From positions 35,080,711 through 35,144,710 of the forward strand of contig NC_057720.1 in the NCBI RefSeq assembly GCF_004010195.1: DNA of 64,000 bases, in the 5' to 3' direction. A program made the translations under genes and the position numbers. This document shows positions 24,704 to 38,081 of the stretch, piece by piece; position 1 is the stretch's first letter, and each line of letters starts with the position of its first letter. The notes beneath the pieces were generated by a model. It did no database searches and was not told the DNA's origin. It saw only the letters and a program-made list of their open reading frames with translations. The DNA is from Chiloscyllium plagiosum. Its lineage: Eukaryota.

Positions 24704-25022
24704 TTAGATTAGATTAGATTCCCTATAGTGTGGAAACAGGCCCTTCGGCCCAACAAGTCCACACCGACCCTCCAGAGAGTAACCCACCCAAACCCATTTC
24801 CCCTCGGACTAATACACCTAACACTGCGGGCAATTTAGCATGGCCAATTCAGCATGGCACATCTTTGGACTGTGAGAGGAAACTGAAGCACTCAGAGGAA
24901 ACCCACGCAGACACGGGAAGAATGTGCAAACTCCACACAGACAGTCACCCAAGGCTGGAATTGAACCTGGGTCCCTGGTGCTGTGAGGCTGCAGTGCTAA
25001 CACCTGAGCCACTGTGCTGCCC
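24704..25022 (-). mobile_element. HE1-type V-SINE
   Basis: V-domain, tRNA-like head and (CTAAT)n tail. Confidence 0.9.
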
Positions 25023-26144
25023 ATTTATTAGGTGCTCTTGTAACAACAGAATTGCTCTGTATACTTACAAGTCTTAAGTACATGCTGTAAGGCAAAATAT
25101 TTGACCATAACAGGACAAAATTTGATAGTCTCCTACTGTAGGCAGAAAAGAATCGTATTGTCAACTGAGAGAGAAACCAATATAGTAATTGTACATAAAA
25201 GTTAAAGTCTCATCTGAAATACTCAAAGCGCATCAAGCAATTTAAAGGGTTTCATAATTCCAGAGAACCAGAACTGGAATAAAACCAGTAATTACAAAAT
25301 GTCACATTTACATCTGCATAATGTTCATTATTTCAAAAACTTTACTCAGAAGGTGATGACCACCATAACATTTGATTTGCACAGTTAAGGCCAATTCGAT
25401 GTTTTGTGAGTGAGAACAATGGGGATTATATCAAACATTAAAGGCCTCATCAGGACTCATGAATGGCCAGTGCAGAAATAATTTTTTCATCAGAAATTTG
25501 TAATCTGACAATGCAGATATGTGAAAATGATACCCCACTGATAGCAGGTCACACCTGTGGTGTAGCTATCCATTATGCTGGATATTAATCGGTCATTCTT
25601 TCAATGCATTCTAGATATAAACATAAAACACAAAAATGAAATCTCTGCAGACAAACTGTGCAGGGAGGCAGACAAAATTCACTGCGTAGCTGCCATCATT
25701 TTGATTATTTTTCAAGTATTGTATAGGGATTGGTGGGCAGAATTATCACTTCATGTAATGCAAAGTAATCAATGAATGTGAATTTTGCAATATCGTCTTC
25801 ATTTAAACTATGGCTATAGAATTCACATTTTAGGACTCCAAATGCATTTGTAATGATGGCAAGTCTGGGCTTGTGCATGAACTATACTTAAAGCAGTGAA
25901 GCTGAAATATAGAAAATCGGTGCCGGGGTAGGCCATTCAGCCCTTCAACCCTGCTTTGCCATCCTAGATGTTCATGCGGATCATCAATATAATGATTATT
26001 CAATTACTGAAGTGTTGCTAACTTCCACCACAGCTGCTTGCATTTTGTCGAAAACCTGCCTCTGTACTCAACCATAGCCTGAAGTATAAGTCTCAGGCAA
26101 CTGGGTTGTCAAATCAGAAAAATTGGAAGAGAAATTATTTGATA

Positions 26145-26357
26145 ATGTTAGACTGAGGTCCTAGCTACATGTTTTGGTGCGACAGTTAAATCGTAATGAC
26201 CACTTGCTTCCATCAGAACAAGCAAGAGAATCAATTAATGTTAATTAGTTAATGCTATTCCCCTAAACGTCACCAAAAACTGGCTACTGATCTCATTACA
26301 AGTTGTGTAATCTTTCTGTCTACAAGTTGTTGCCATATTCGCTTATAGAGGAGTTAC
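26145..26357 (+). mobile_element. Highly diverged DeuSINE-like fragment
   Basis: gttagactgaggtcc...ctttctgtctacaagttgttgccatatt resembles the Deu-domain copy at 52940-53393. Confidence 0.4.
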
Positions 26358-26674
26358 TGTTGAAGAAATTCTCCAGACTCAGAACTTGAGCACTGACAAA
26401 GTTTATTACATGGTATCATAGGAAACCCATCTGTCCATAAGAAAGAGATTGGTGTAACTTCAAAGCGTTACAGAATACAAGGGATTATACAGTGCATAAA
26501 ATGCAGAGCTGACAGTTGCTCAATCAGACACAGAACCACAAGGTAGTTGCAGGATGGCCTTTGTTCTTTTCCTGTATGCATTTTTCAATTTTCTGACTTT
26601 TTTTGATTGATTCTTGTAGTTTTATTTATTCTTTCACTCTCTGGACCCAGTTGCAATTCTAATTTCCTTCAACA
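26358..26674 (-). mobile_element. Probable solo LTR
   Basis: TG...CA ends with a short terminal inverted repeat (tgttgaagaaatt / aatttccttcaaca). On the minus strand a TATA-like tgtataat precedes AATAAA. No clean TSD. Confidence 0.5.
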
Positions 26675-27185
26675 GATCTGACATAAGTACAAGAAATTAC
26701 AAATTGAGTTCAATGAAGCTGCACAGTGGTATAACTTTTATATTCCTTCCACATTTCAGAGCAAGGTTCCACTGTTTGCTCACATTTCCTAAGCAATGTG
26801 AGGCTTTTCAGAGGGAGATCCACCCGTCATCCTTGAGTATTTTGAGCATTGAATTATGTGTACTTCCATGCACTGAGTCATATACCTTGGAAATAAGATA
26901 GTGAGCACTCAAATTCATTCCATTATTAGAACTGTCAAAGAGAGATTTAGTGAATTAACTTGAAATGAACTTGAAATGGATTTGAATTCAAGCTCCAGAA
27001 ATGAAATGACAATTACTGTTTACAGTATCGTTCAAAGTCGGTCATCCAAGCAACTTAACTCACCAGCCATCTTAAACTTCAACAGACACATGAACATTAT
27101 TATTTCAAAAATAAAGGAAATGATTACACTTGATGACAGCAGTAATATAATTTTGGTGGATCTGGGGATCATTTTCCAAAAACTT

Positions 27186-27570
27186 ATGCTGAGGGAAGAC
27201 CTTATCGAGGTTTATAAAATCATGAGGGGCATGGACAGGTAAATAGACAAGGTCTTTTCCCAGGGGTGGGGGAGTCCAGAACTAGAGGGCATAGGTTTAA
27301 GGTGAGAGGGGAAAGATTTGAAAGGGACTTAAGGGAAAACTTTTTCATGCAGAGGGTGGTGTATGGAATGAGCTGCCAGAGGAAGTGATGGAGGCTGATA
27401 CAATATTTAAAAGACATCTGGATGGGTATATGAATAGGAAGGGTTCAGAGGGATGTCGGCTAAGTGCTAACAAATGGGACTAGATTAATTTAGGATATTT
27501 GGTCAGCATGAACAAGTTGGACTGAAGGGTCTGTTTCAGTATTGTCCATCTCTAAGACTCTATGACTCTA
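27186..27570 (+). mobile_element. CR1 (HER1-type) 3' fragment
   Basis: LREDLIEVYKIMRGMDR, 3' UTR and ctctatgactcta tail. Confidence 0.9.
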
Positions 27571-27651
27571 AAAGAAAATTGCAAGCTATATATTTTTATG
27601 TCAGTTGTTGCTAAAGTACTAGGATTTCATTTTTGCCTCTATTGGTCCCAG

Positions 27652-28438
27652 AAATGGAATTAAATTGAGTTGAATTAAATTGAGTTGAATTGAACTGAAT
27701 TGAATTGAATTGAATTTATTGTCACCTGTACCGAGGCACAGTGAAAAGCTTTGTCTTGCGAGCAATACAGCACATAGTTAAGTAGCACAGAGAGTAAATA
27801 ATAGATAAACAGCACCAAAAACAAAAACACAGGTACAGGCAAGTGTTAAAAGTTTGTGAGTCCATTCAATATTCTAACAACAGTAGGGTAGAAACTGTTG
27901 CAAAGCCGGCTGGTGCATGTGTTCAGGCTTCTGTACATTCTCCGTGATGGTAGAGGTTGTAGAAAAACATTGCCAGAGTGGAGTGGATCTTTAAGAATGC
28001 TGGCGGCCTTTCCTTTTCTTGATAGATGGGAGGTTGGTCTTTGTGATTGTCCAGGCTGAGTTCACCACTCTCCATAACTATCTCTGATCTTGAATGGTAC
28101 AGTTGCCATATCAGGTAGTAATACATCCAGACAGAATGCTCTCGATGGCGCACCTATAAAAGTTGGCAAGGGTATTCGCTGTCATGCCAAATTTCCTCAG
28201 CTACCTGAGGAAGAAGAGACGTTGTTGGGCCTTTGTAACCAGTGTGTCCACATGAAGTGTCCAAGAAAGCTTGTTGTTGATGACCACTCCCAGGAGCTTG
28301 ATACTCTCCACTTGTTCCACCTCTGTGCTGTTAATGTGTAGGTGAGTATGAGTAACATTCCACCGAAAGTCAACAATGAGTTCTTTGGTTTTCCTGGCAT
28401 TGAGAGCTAGGTTGTTTTCAGTGCACTATTTTTCCATG
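27652..28438 (-). mobile_element. Rex1/Babar-type LINE 3' fragment with (CAATT)n tail
   Basis: Minus-strand translation ELIVDF...VESIKLLGV...LSW..HVD...KAQQRLFFLR and YRSLNTCTSRLCNSFYP. (GAATT)n at about 27656-27716. Confidence 0.85.
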
Positions 28439-29539
28439 GTAGATAGAACGGGCAGCATTTGACAGACAGAAGCTAAAAATAGTGCCATTGGCTTGCAGCT
28501 CTAACCCATCACTTTCTCTGTTAGTGAATAGGGGGTAGCACAGCTACCCACTCATCTGCCTGACACTGTCAATGTTGTTTATTTTAAATCCCTTTTATGC
28601 CCAGGACCCAACTTTCCCTGCCACTTGTCATTATCTCTCCACTCTGGACCTAGTGCCACATTGCCCTTCTCACCAAAGGATCCAATATCTCCCATTCACC
28701 TTGACATCCCTGAACAATCTACTTACTTGGCCTCCATGCCACCTCCATGCATCCTGGTACTTACCCATCCAACCACCCTTTCCCTGGCACCCTGTCAACA
28801 TGGCACATTAATTACATGGTGCACAACCCCTGCCCACCCAGCAATCAGCAAGATTGTCACTCCTCAAAATTCAGTCCTAATCTTCCTATTATTTGTGTCT
28901 TTTATGATGTGTAAAGTATAAAGGTAAAAAGATATTTGAAACCTGTACTATCATATATAAGATTATTTTGGATTTTTGCCTGATGACTATCTTTTCTGTA
29001 AAAAGATTTGTTTCTGTGCAGCTTTGTAACCTGAATGTTAAAAGTGAGGAATAACAGTTAAAAGAACGAAAGTCACTTTTTGTGCTTTAAAAATAAAAAA
29101 AGTTTGCATTTGTAATTTGTTTTGTAAGTAAAAATTAAGTTTCATGTTTCCTCCTCATGAATGTAATGGTTTATGAAAAAAATAGCTCTATGATTAATAC
29201 TTGTGCATTGCACTGTAAAACCTATATCTCTAATGATGTTGGAGATAACAACAGCAATGACAACATGCCCGTCCTCCTTGTGAAATCTCCTGACATGAAT
29301 TAAAAACAAAATTGAGCAGCTATTGAGATCCTATGGTAATGCTTCTGTTGCTTGGACATTGTGAGACAATTTTCAAATACAAATTGTGTTGGATTGTGTT
29401 ATATAGATAGCATATATAATCCACTGTGTAAGATTTTATATATTTATAAATATGTATAGATTGCATAAAACTGGAATATATTGAACTGTTTAGATACTTT
29501 CTGGATTAAACAGGGTTTTACCAAGAACTGAGGTCAACA

Positions 29540-30615
29540 CGGAATGCAGGGAGATCTTGCCATTTAGATGCATAACTGGCTCAAATGTAGAAAACATTGG
29601 TGATGGTGGAGGCCTGTGACTAGCGGTGTGCCACAGGAATCGCTGCTGGATCCACTGTTTTTCATCATTTATAAAATGATGTGGATGTGAACATAGGAGG
29701 TGTGATTAGTAAATTTGCAGATGACACCAAAATTGGAGGTGTTGTGGACAGCAAAGAAGGTTACCTCAGAGTACAATGGGATTGTGATCAAATGGGCCAA
29801 TGGGCTGAGGAGTGGCAAATGGAGTTTAATTTAGATAAATGTGAAGTACTGTATTTAGGAAAAGCAAATTAGGGCAGGACTTATACACTTAAACGATAAG
29901 GTCCTGGGGAGTGTTGCTGAAAAAGGAGACCTTGGAGTGGAGGTTAATAGTTCTTTTAAAGTGGAGTTGCATGTAGATTGGATAGGAAAGAAGGCATTTG
30001 GTATGCTTGCCTTTATCAGTCAATGCATTGAATATAGAAGTTGGGAGGTCATGCTGCAGCTTTACAGGTCATTGGTTAGACCACATTCGGAATACTGTGT
30101 GCCATTCTGGTCTCTCTGCTACAGAAAGGATGTTGTGAAACTTGAAAGGGTTCAGAAAAAGATTTACAAGGATGTTGCCAGGGTTGGAGTATTTAAGTTA
30201 TAGGGAGAGGAATAGGTTGGGGCTATTTTCCCTGGAGCATTGGAGGCTGAGGGGTGACCTTGTAGAGGTTTATAAAATCATGAGGGGCATGGAAGAGGTA
30301 AATAAACAAGGTCATTTCCTTTGTGGGGGGGAGTCCAGAACTAGAGGGTTTAGGGTGAGAGGAGAAAGATTTAAAAAGAATTTCAGGGGCAACTTTTTCA
30401 CGCAGAGGGTGGTGCATATATGGAATGAGCTACTAGAGAAGGTGGAGGAGGCTGGTACAATTACAACACTTAAAGGACATCTGAATTGGTATATAAATAG
30501 CAAGTGTTTGGAAGAATATGAGCCAAATACTGGCAAATCAAACTAGATTAATTAAGGACATTCTGTCAGCATGGACGAGTTAGACTGAAGGGTCTGTTTC
30601 CTTACTATACACCTC
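29540..30615 (+). mobile_element. CR1 (HER1-type) RT/3' fragment
   Basis: [27 protein letters not shown] and 3' UTR. Confidence 0.92.
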
Positions 30616-31249
30616 AATTAAACTTAAAGGACAGTTTAAAATGTGTTGTGAGCCATCTGCTGATTACAGAAAAGTCAACTGATTTTAAAAAAACACACTA
30701 AGCTAAACTTTTAGGTAGATAAAAGATGGAGTTCACTGCTTTTAATTGCTGGCAAATCTGTTTTCAAGAGGTTATGAAGCCCTACACTGATGGTTGCTGG
30801 GCAATGCTTTCTGATCTTGGTTTCTGTTTTGAAGATGTAGAGAGTCAGAGGAAAGTACCTCCAAGGCCTGAAGTAAAGACAAAGTTCCCTCTCTCCTGCA
30901 ATTCTCTCTTCATTGAAGTGCTTGCGAACCTGATAAAGTTGCCACATTTTGGTAACTTGACGACCTTGTAAACCTGAATATCTGAACTCTGACCACTTTC
31001 CGAAGATTTGGAACCAGCTTGATTTCCATCCAAACCAAAGCTTGCCTAGATGACTTCCCAACGGTCTATGGCTATTGGGAATTCAATTTTGTCAACAAGA
31101 GATTGTGAGAATTCATTAAATTCAATGCTTTGCTTTTCAAAGCAATGTCCTTTATTTGCTTCTATCTTTTATAAGCAGAATCTTTACACAGTTTGTGTCA
31201 TGCGAGCATGTTTGTTTTAAAATTTAAAGGAGATTTAGAGATTTAAAAT

Positions 31250-32810
31250 TCTTAAAACACATAAAGGTAGATAATTCCCCAGAACCTGATCAGGTATTTT
31301 CCAGAACTTTCTGGGAAGCTAGGGAAGAGATTGCTTGACGTTTGCTGAGATACTTGTATCATCGACAACCATGGGTGAGGTGCCAGAAGACTCGAGGTTA
31401 GTTAAAGTTGTGCCATTGCTTAAGAAATAATATGGAGGTGTCAGTGTTGGCCTGGGGTGGACAAGGTCAGAAGTCACACGACACTAGGTTATAGTCCAAC
31501 AGGTTTATTTGAAATCAATATTTCAGATAAATCTACTGGACTATAACCTGGTGTTTTGTGACTTCTGACATTGTTTAAGAAGGACTGCAAAGAAATGCAA
31601 AAGAACTGTAGATCGGGTAGCCTTACATCAATGTACGTTGTTAGAGGGGATTCTGATGGACAGGATTTATCTGTATTTGGAAAGGTAATGACTGATTAGG
31701 GATTGTCAACATGGTTTTGTATGTGTGAAATTGTGTCTCATTAACATGATTGAGTTTTTTGAATGGGTGAGGAAGAAGATTGATGAAGGCAAAGTGGTAA
31801 ATGTTGTCTACATGGACATCAGCAAAGTGTTCAACAAGGTTCACATGGTAGACTGGTTAGTAAACTTAGATTACATGCGATCCAAGGGAAGCTAGCCAAC
31901 TGGATACAAAATTGGCTTGAAGGTAGGACATAGAGGGTAGTGGCGGTGGGTTGCTATTCAGACTCGAGGCCTGTGACCAGCTGTTTATAAAAATTGGTGC
32001 TGGGTCCACTGTTTTTTGGCATTTGCATAAATGATTTGGATGTGAATATAGAATGCATGGTTAGTAAATTTTCAGATGACACCAAAATAGGTGGCGTAGT
32101 GGACAGTGAAGAAGACTATCTCAGAGTACAACAGGACCTTGATGAAATGGATCAATGGGCCGAGGAGTGACAGATGGAGTTTAATTTAAATAAATGTGAG
32201 TTGTTGCGTTTTGGTAGGGAAAAACAGGACAAGACTTACACAGTTAATTGTGGGCCCTGGGGAATGTTGCCTAATAGAGATGTAGGGGTGCAGGTGCATA
32301 GTTCTTTGAAAATGGAATTGTAGATAGACAGGTTGGTGAAGAAGGTGTTTGGCTCGCTTGCCTTCATTAGTCAAAACGTTGCATATAGCAGTTGAGGTGT
32401 CATGTTGCAGCTGTACATGCATCGATGAGGCCACTTTTAGAATATTGCAAACAATTCTAGTCTCCCTTCTATGGGAAGGATGTTGTTAAACTTTGAGAGG
32501 GTACAGAAAAAGATTTACAAGCATGTTACCAGGATCGGAGGGTTTGATCTATCAGGAGAGGCTGAATAGGATGAGGTTGTTTCTCCCTGGAGGCAGAGGG
32601 GTGACCTTCTTGAGGTTTATAAAATTATGAGAGAGGGAGAGTCCAAAACCAGAGGACATAGTTTTAAGGCGAGAGGGGAATGATTTAAAAAGGACCTGAG
32701 GCTTAACCTTTTCATGCAGAGCCGGATGCATATACGGAATGAGTTGCTAGAGGAAATGGTAGAGGTGGGTAAAATTACAACATTTTGAAACCATCTGGAT
32801 TGATATATGT
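31250..32810 (+). mobile_element. CR1 (HER1-type) RT fragment, diverged
   Basis: Colinear with the other copies from the DKSPGPD region to the ORF2 end. Confidence 0.88.
31427..31568. mobile_element. Hairpin mini-insertion of a second Penelope family, nested in the CR1
   Basis: Arms caaggtcagaagtcac...tttatttgaaat / atttcagataaat...gtgacttctgacattg. TSD cattgcttaagaa (31414-31426) / cattgtttaagaa (31569-31581). Related to the element at 55495. Confidence 0.75.
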
Positions 32811-32988
32811 ATAGGGCAATCCACCTAACCTACACATCTTTGGACTGTAGGAGGAAATCGGAGGACTCCCACATTGACGCAGGGTGAATATACAAACCCC
32901 AAAACAGACAGTCACCCGAGAGTACATCAAACTGAAGTCCCTGGTGCTGTGAGGCAACAGTGCTGACAAATAAGCATCCATGCCACCC
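32811..32988 (-). mobile_element. HE1-type SINE, 5' half
   Basis: Diverged tRNA-like head and V-domain. Confidence 0.75.
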
Positions 32989-33611
32989 ACCTGATTTACC
33001 TTTAATTCTATTCATTCTTTTAGGTCCTTCCAGGTTAGTTTCTTCCCCTTTTATAAATGTATTCATGCATCCAACCTTCTATTTGCAGTTATTTAATGTA
33101 ATGCCCTAGCTGCAAGTACTTTTATCTAATAGAGTTTGTTTGTGGCTGGGATTTTGAGCAAAAAGAATTACACCTTTTATTCTGCTGAGTAACTAGTTAC
33201 AAGGGGGGCTGTGACATAGACGCATGGAACTGAAACCTGAATCTGTAGGAGCAAGATGTGATGTCTTACAGTCCTTTGTACATAGTTATATTTAAGAAAA
33301 GCCTGATGCTATTCACTCTCAAGAATGTAAATATCACCTTACTACAGGGGATGAGGGGAAATTTCAAATATTGGACATGGCGATTCCAACCTATTATTGC
33401 CATCACCCATTCCTATTGAGGCAGGTGGTATTCCTACTTTCGATTGTCTGCTCATCAATGTAGTTGTAGCATGTAACTGAATGCAAAATATATTGCTGGT
33501 GACTGGACACTCAAGATGCCCAGCATGATAAGTACAACAAACAGCTAGCCTTCATCTCTTACAGATAGCCTGCCTCTCTTAAGAGGAAGCTGTCTTCAAG
33601 CTACCAGAACA

Positions 33612-33963
33612 GGAAAGGCATTATCATTGGTATAATCACTGGACCATTAATGAGGAGATCCAGTTAATGGTCTGGATACCTGGGTTCAAATCCCACCACA
33701 GCAGCTGGTAAAGTTTGCATTCAATAAAAAAATCTGAAATTAGGAGTCAAATGATGACTGTGAAACTATTGTCAATTGCCAGGAAAGAATGCATCTGGCT
33801 CACTCGTGTCCTTTAGGGAAGGAAACTACCATCCTCCCCTGGTCTGGGCTACATGTGACTCCAGATCCACAGCAATGATTCTAAACAGCCCTCTGGGCAT
33901 TTAGGGATGGGCAATAAATACTGGCCTAGCCAGCAATGCCCACATTCCATGAACAAATAAAAA
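33612..33963 (+). mobile_element. tRNA-headed SINE, second family
   Basis: B-box ggttcaaatccc, conserved body, tail cccacattccatgaacaaataaaaa. Confidence 0.85.
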
Positions 33964-34296
33964 GTGCTAAAACGGACTCAGGGCGTCTTTGATGTAATTC
34001 AGAAGACAAAGGGTGCAAAAAAATCCCAGAAAAGAGCTGCTGACAGCCGGGCCGATGGAGCAGTAAAGCAGGAACAGGGCCTTGTTTCCACAAAGGGCCC
34101 GGCAGCCACAAAAAACAAAGCTCCTTTCTCACCTGAACCTCACAAATTGCCCCCAGAAAGCCTGGTGGTAAGGGCTTGCTCATTCATCAACAAGGTTTTG
34201 GAAGGTGTAGTAGTCAAGAAGAACATGGATTCACATTCCAACAAGTCCTGTGGTGTTTCCACATTGCTTCAAGCAATGGAACCATGACCATAGATG

Positions 34297-36093
34297 TCAT
34301 AGAGACATAGGGACATACAGCACGGAAGCAGACCCTTCGGTTGAACCCGTCTATGCCGACTAGATATCCTAAGCTAATCTAGTCCCATTTGCTAGCACCT
34401 GGCCCATATACCTCTAAACCCTTCCTATTCATGTACCCAGTCAGATGCCTTTTAAATGCAACAATTGTACCAGCCTCCACCACTTTCTCTGGCAACTCAT
34501 TCCATACAAGCATCACCCTCTGCATGAAAACGTTGTCCCTTTTATATCTTTCCCCTCTCACCCTAAACCTATGCCCTCTAGTACTGGACCTCCCCCACCC
34601 CAGGGAAAATATCTTGTCTATTTATCCTATCCATGCCCCTCATGATTTTATAAACCTCTATAAGGTCATCCCTCAGCCATCAACATTCCAAGGAAAGCAG
34701 CCCCAGCCTATTCAGCCTCTCCCTATAGCACAAATTCCCCCAACCCTGGCAACATCCTCGTAAATCTTTTCTGAACCCTTTCAAGTTTCACAACATCTTT
34801 CCGATAGGAAGGAGACCAGAATTGCATACAGCATTCCAAAAGTGGCCTAACCAATGTCCTGTACAGCCACAACATAACCTCCCAACTCCTGTACTCAGTG
34901 CTCTCAATACTAAATGCCGTCTTTACTATCCTATCTACCTGTAACTCTACTTTCAAGGAACTATGAATCTGCACTCCAAGGTCTCTTTGTTCAGCAATAC
35001 TCCCGAGGACCTTGCCACTAAGTGTATAGGTCTTGCTCTAATTTTCTTTCCCAAAATGCAGCACCTCACATTTGTCTAAATTAAATTCCATCTGCCACTT
35101 TTCAGCCCCTTTGCCCATCTAATCAAGATTCTATGGTTCTCTGAGGTAACCTTTTTCGCTGTCCACTACACCTCCAAATATGGTGTCATCTGAAGCTTAC
35201 TAACTATACCTCCTACATTCACATCCAAATCATTTGTATAAATGACGAGACGTTCTAGACCCAGCACTGATCCTTGTGGCACTCCACTGGTCACAGGCCT
35301 CCAGTCTGAAAGCAACCCTCTATCACCACCCTCTGTCTTCTACCTTTGAGCCAGTTCTATATCCAAATGGCTAGTTCTCCCTGTATTCCATGAGATCTAA
35401 CCTTGTGAACTAGTCTCCCATGAGGAACCTTGTTGAACGCCTTATTGAAGTCCATATAGATCACATCCACCACTTTGCCCTCATCAATCCTCTTTGTTAT
35501 TTCTTCAAAAACTCAAATTCATGAGACATGATTTCACATACACAAAGGCATGCTGACTATCCCTAATCAGTCCTTGCCTTTCCAAATATATGTTACTCCT
35601 GTCTCTCAGAATTCCCTCCAACATTTTGCCCACCACTGATGTCAGGCTCATCGGTCTATAGTTCCCTGGCTTTTCCTTAATTCATGACACCACGTTGGCC
35701 AATCTCCAGTCTCCCCGCACCTCACCTGTGATTATTGATGATACAAATATCTGAGCAAGGTGCCCAGCAATCACTTCCCCAGCTTTGCACAGAGATCTGG
35801 GGTGCAAATAATCAGGTCCCGGGGATTTATCCACTGTTATGCATTTCAAGACATCCAGCACCTCCTCCTCTGTAATATGGACATTTTTCAAGATGTCACC
35901 ATCTATTTCCCCACATTCCATATCTTCCATGTACTTTTCCACAAAATATTCGTTGAGTATCTCCTCCATCTCCTGCGGCTCCACATATGGGCTGCCTTGC
36001 TGATCTTTGAGGGGCCCCATTTTCTCCTATTCACCCTTTTGTCCTTAATGTATTTATGAAAACCCTCTGGATTCTCCTTAAGTCTATTTGTCA
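34297..36093 (-). mobile_element. CR1 (HER1-type), 5'-truncated
   Basis: RT motifs (ORFs 34723-34974 and 35682-36020) and 3' tail. Confidence 0.92.
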
Positions 36094-36640
36094 ATAGCTG
36101 CTCCATTAAATTCCTAGTGGCAGCACAGCAGCCATTATAGGCGTGTTGTCCAAGGATGATTGCGTGGTAGCAGGGAGTCATGAATCCGATGTACAGTGAG
36201 TATTAAAAACAGAAAATGCTGAAAATAAACTCTCAAATTTGGCTTTTTTTAAAAAAAGAAGCATATTAACATCAGATTCACAACCTTTCATCAGGACAGA
36301 TTTAAATTATAAATCTAATAGATTTTAAACTGGAGAGGATGAGAAGAAGAGCAAACAGAAAAGTGATGACAGGATAGAAGAAATTAAATAGATGAAAGGA
36401 TTAGTGCAGCAAAGCTAAATGCAAGGGAAATGTGACCAGTAAAAAAGCAAAACATATGTCTGGAGGAGGTATAATTGGCAGAATCACTGGTGTCTGAATG
36501 CAAAACAGAAAAATGTTAGGAAAGTTAAAACACATAAAAAGAAAGAAAGCACCTTACTAAAACCCAGCACCACTCCCTTGTGAGTCCAAAAGCTCTTCTA
36601 AACTCTTCCAGTGGCACTCAATGCAGTACTTCTACCCACA

Positions 36641-37241
36641 GGGAATGCAAAGGCTGTAGTGGTAATGTCATTGGACTAGCAATCCCAAACAAACACAGAG
36701 ATTTCTGAAGAAACTCAGCAGGTAGGCAGCATCTACGCAGAGAGAAACAGCATCAATGTTTTGAGTCAAGTATAATTGTCTTCTTGAGAACTCAAGAGTT
36801 GTTAAGAAGGATCATACTCTAATTGAAGCATTAATCCTGTTTCTCACTCTACAGGTACTGCCAGACCTGCTGAGTTTCTCCAACATTCTCTGTGTCTATT
36901 TTAGATTTCCAGTATCCATAGTATTTTGCTTTTTATATAGTACTCCATAATTCTTAGCTAATGCTATGTGAACATGGGTTAGAGTCTCATCATGGCAGAT
37001 GATGAAATTTGAATTAAAAACTTGTCTGATGGTGACAATGTAATCATGGTTGATTGTTGTAAAAACCCATCTGGTTCACTAACATCTTTTTGGGAAAGAA
37101 ATCTGCTGTCCTTACCTGGTCAGGCCTATGTGTGACTTCAGAGCTCCAGCAATGTAATTGACTCTTAACAGCCCTTTATGCAATTATTGATGTCAATAAC
37201 TGCTGGCCAGCCAACAATCTCATATCCCATTAATGAACAAA
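36641..37241 (+). mobile_element. tRNA-headed SINE (second family) interrupted by a Penelope palindrome at about 36688-36936
   Basis: The SINE head breaks after ...ggactagcaatcc and resumes at tagtactcc.... The insert has inverted PLE arms. Confidence 0.75.
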
Positions 37242-37637
37242 TGGTCAATGTATTGATGCCATCATTCCCCCATTCTATTTGTTTCCGGTGCAAATACCAT
37301 GTCTGCTGACACATACACCCTTACCATCAAGACACACTGTGATGGAAGTAGCCAGTCAAATTATAGCTAACATTTTTAGGTTTCAGTCTTCTGTAGCAAT
37401 GGAGCAGAATTTCACAGACTGACTTCTCAAAAGTCAAATATTTAAAGTATGCATTAAAGTGAAAGAGCAGGAGAAAAACTGGCCATGAAATCTGGAAAGT
37501 ACAGAAATCCCTACAGTTTCCTCAGTAATAGATAATGCAGACTTGTCTATGAGTAATACAAACTGTTGATAAATGGAGCCATCTGTTTAATGTTTACATT
37601 CTTACTGCATGTCTTGTACAATTTGGGAAGCAAACTA

Positions 37638-37790
37638 CTTTTTTTTAACTCATTCTCACGGATATAGGAATCACAGATGAGTCTGTCATTTGTTGACAGT
37701 CTCGTAATTTTATTTGACAAGGTGGTGGTAAGCTGCTTTTTTGTAATGCCAGAGTTCCTGTGGTGAAGATACTCCCATTAGTACTGTTAG
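37638..37790 (-). mobile_element. Old LINE 3' end sharing its tail with the second SINE family
   Basis: Minus strand reads ...cagcttaccaccacctt... then a diverged SINE-like tail; similar to 63215-63500. Confidence 0.5.
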
Positions 37791-38081
37791 CCTGGAGTTG
37801 TATGGTTTTGCTTAGACCTGTGCATCAGTTGTGGGGTTTCACATTAGGGTCAGCAGCCAAGTTTCCATGTGCCTGCCACGATCCATTCACAGAGACTGTG
37901 TGGTGGGGTAAAGTGCTCCTGTTTCCAGGGGAAAGAATGGGGATGGCTGATATCTTGCACAAACTTGAAGGATCCACTCCAATAGTCACACCACAGCTAC
38001 AAGCTGAATGAGTGAAAACTCTTACTGTTCATGAATCATCCAGTCTGAAACGACAGAGCTATGATGATCACATGGGTGCAA

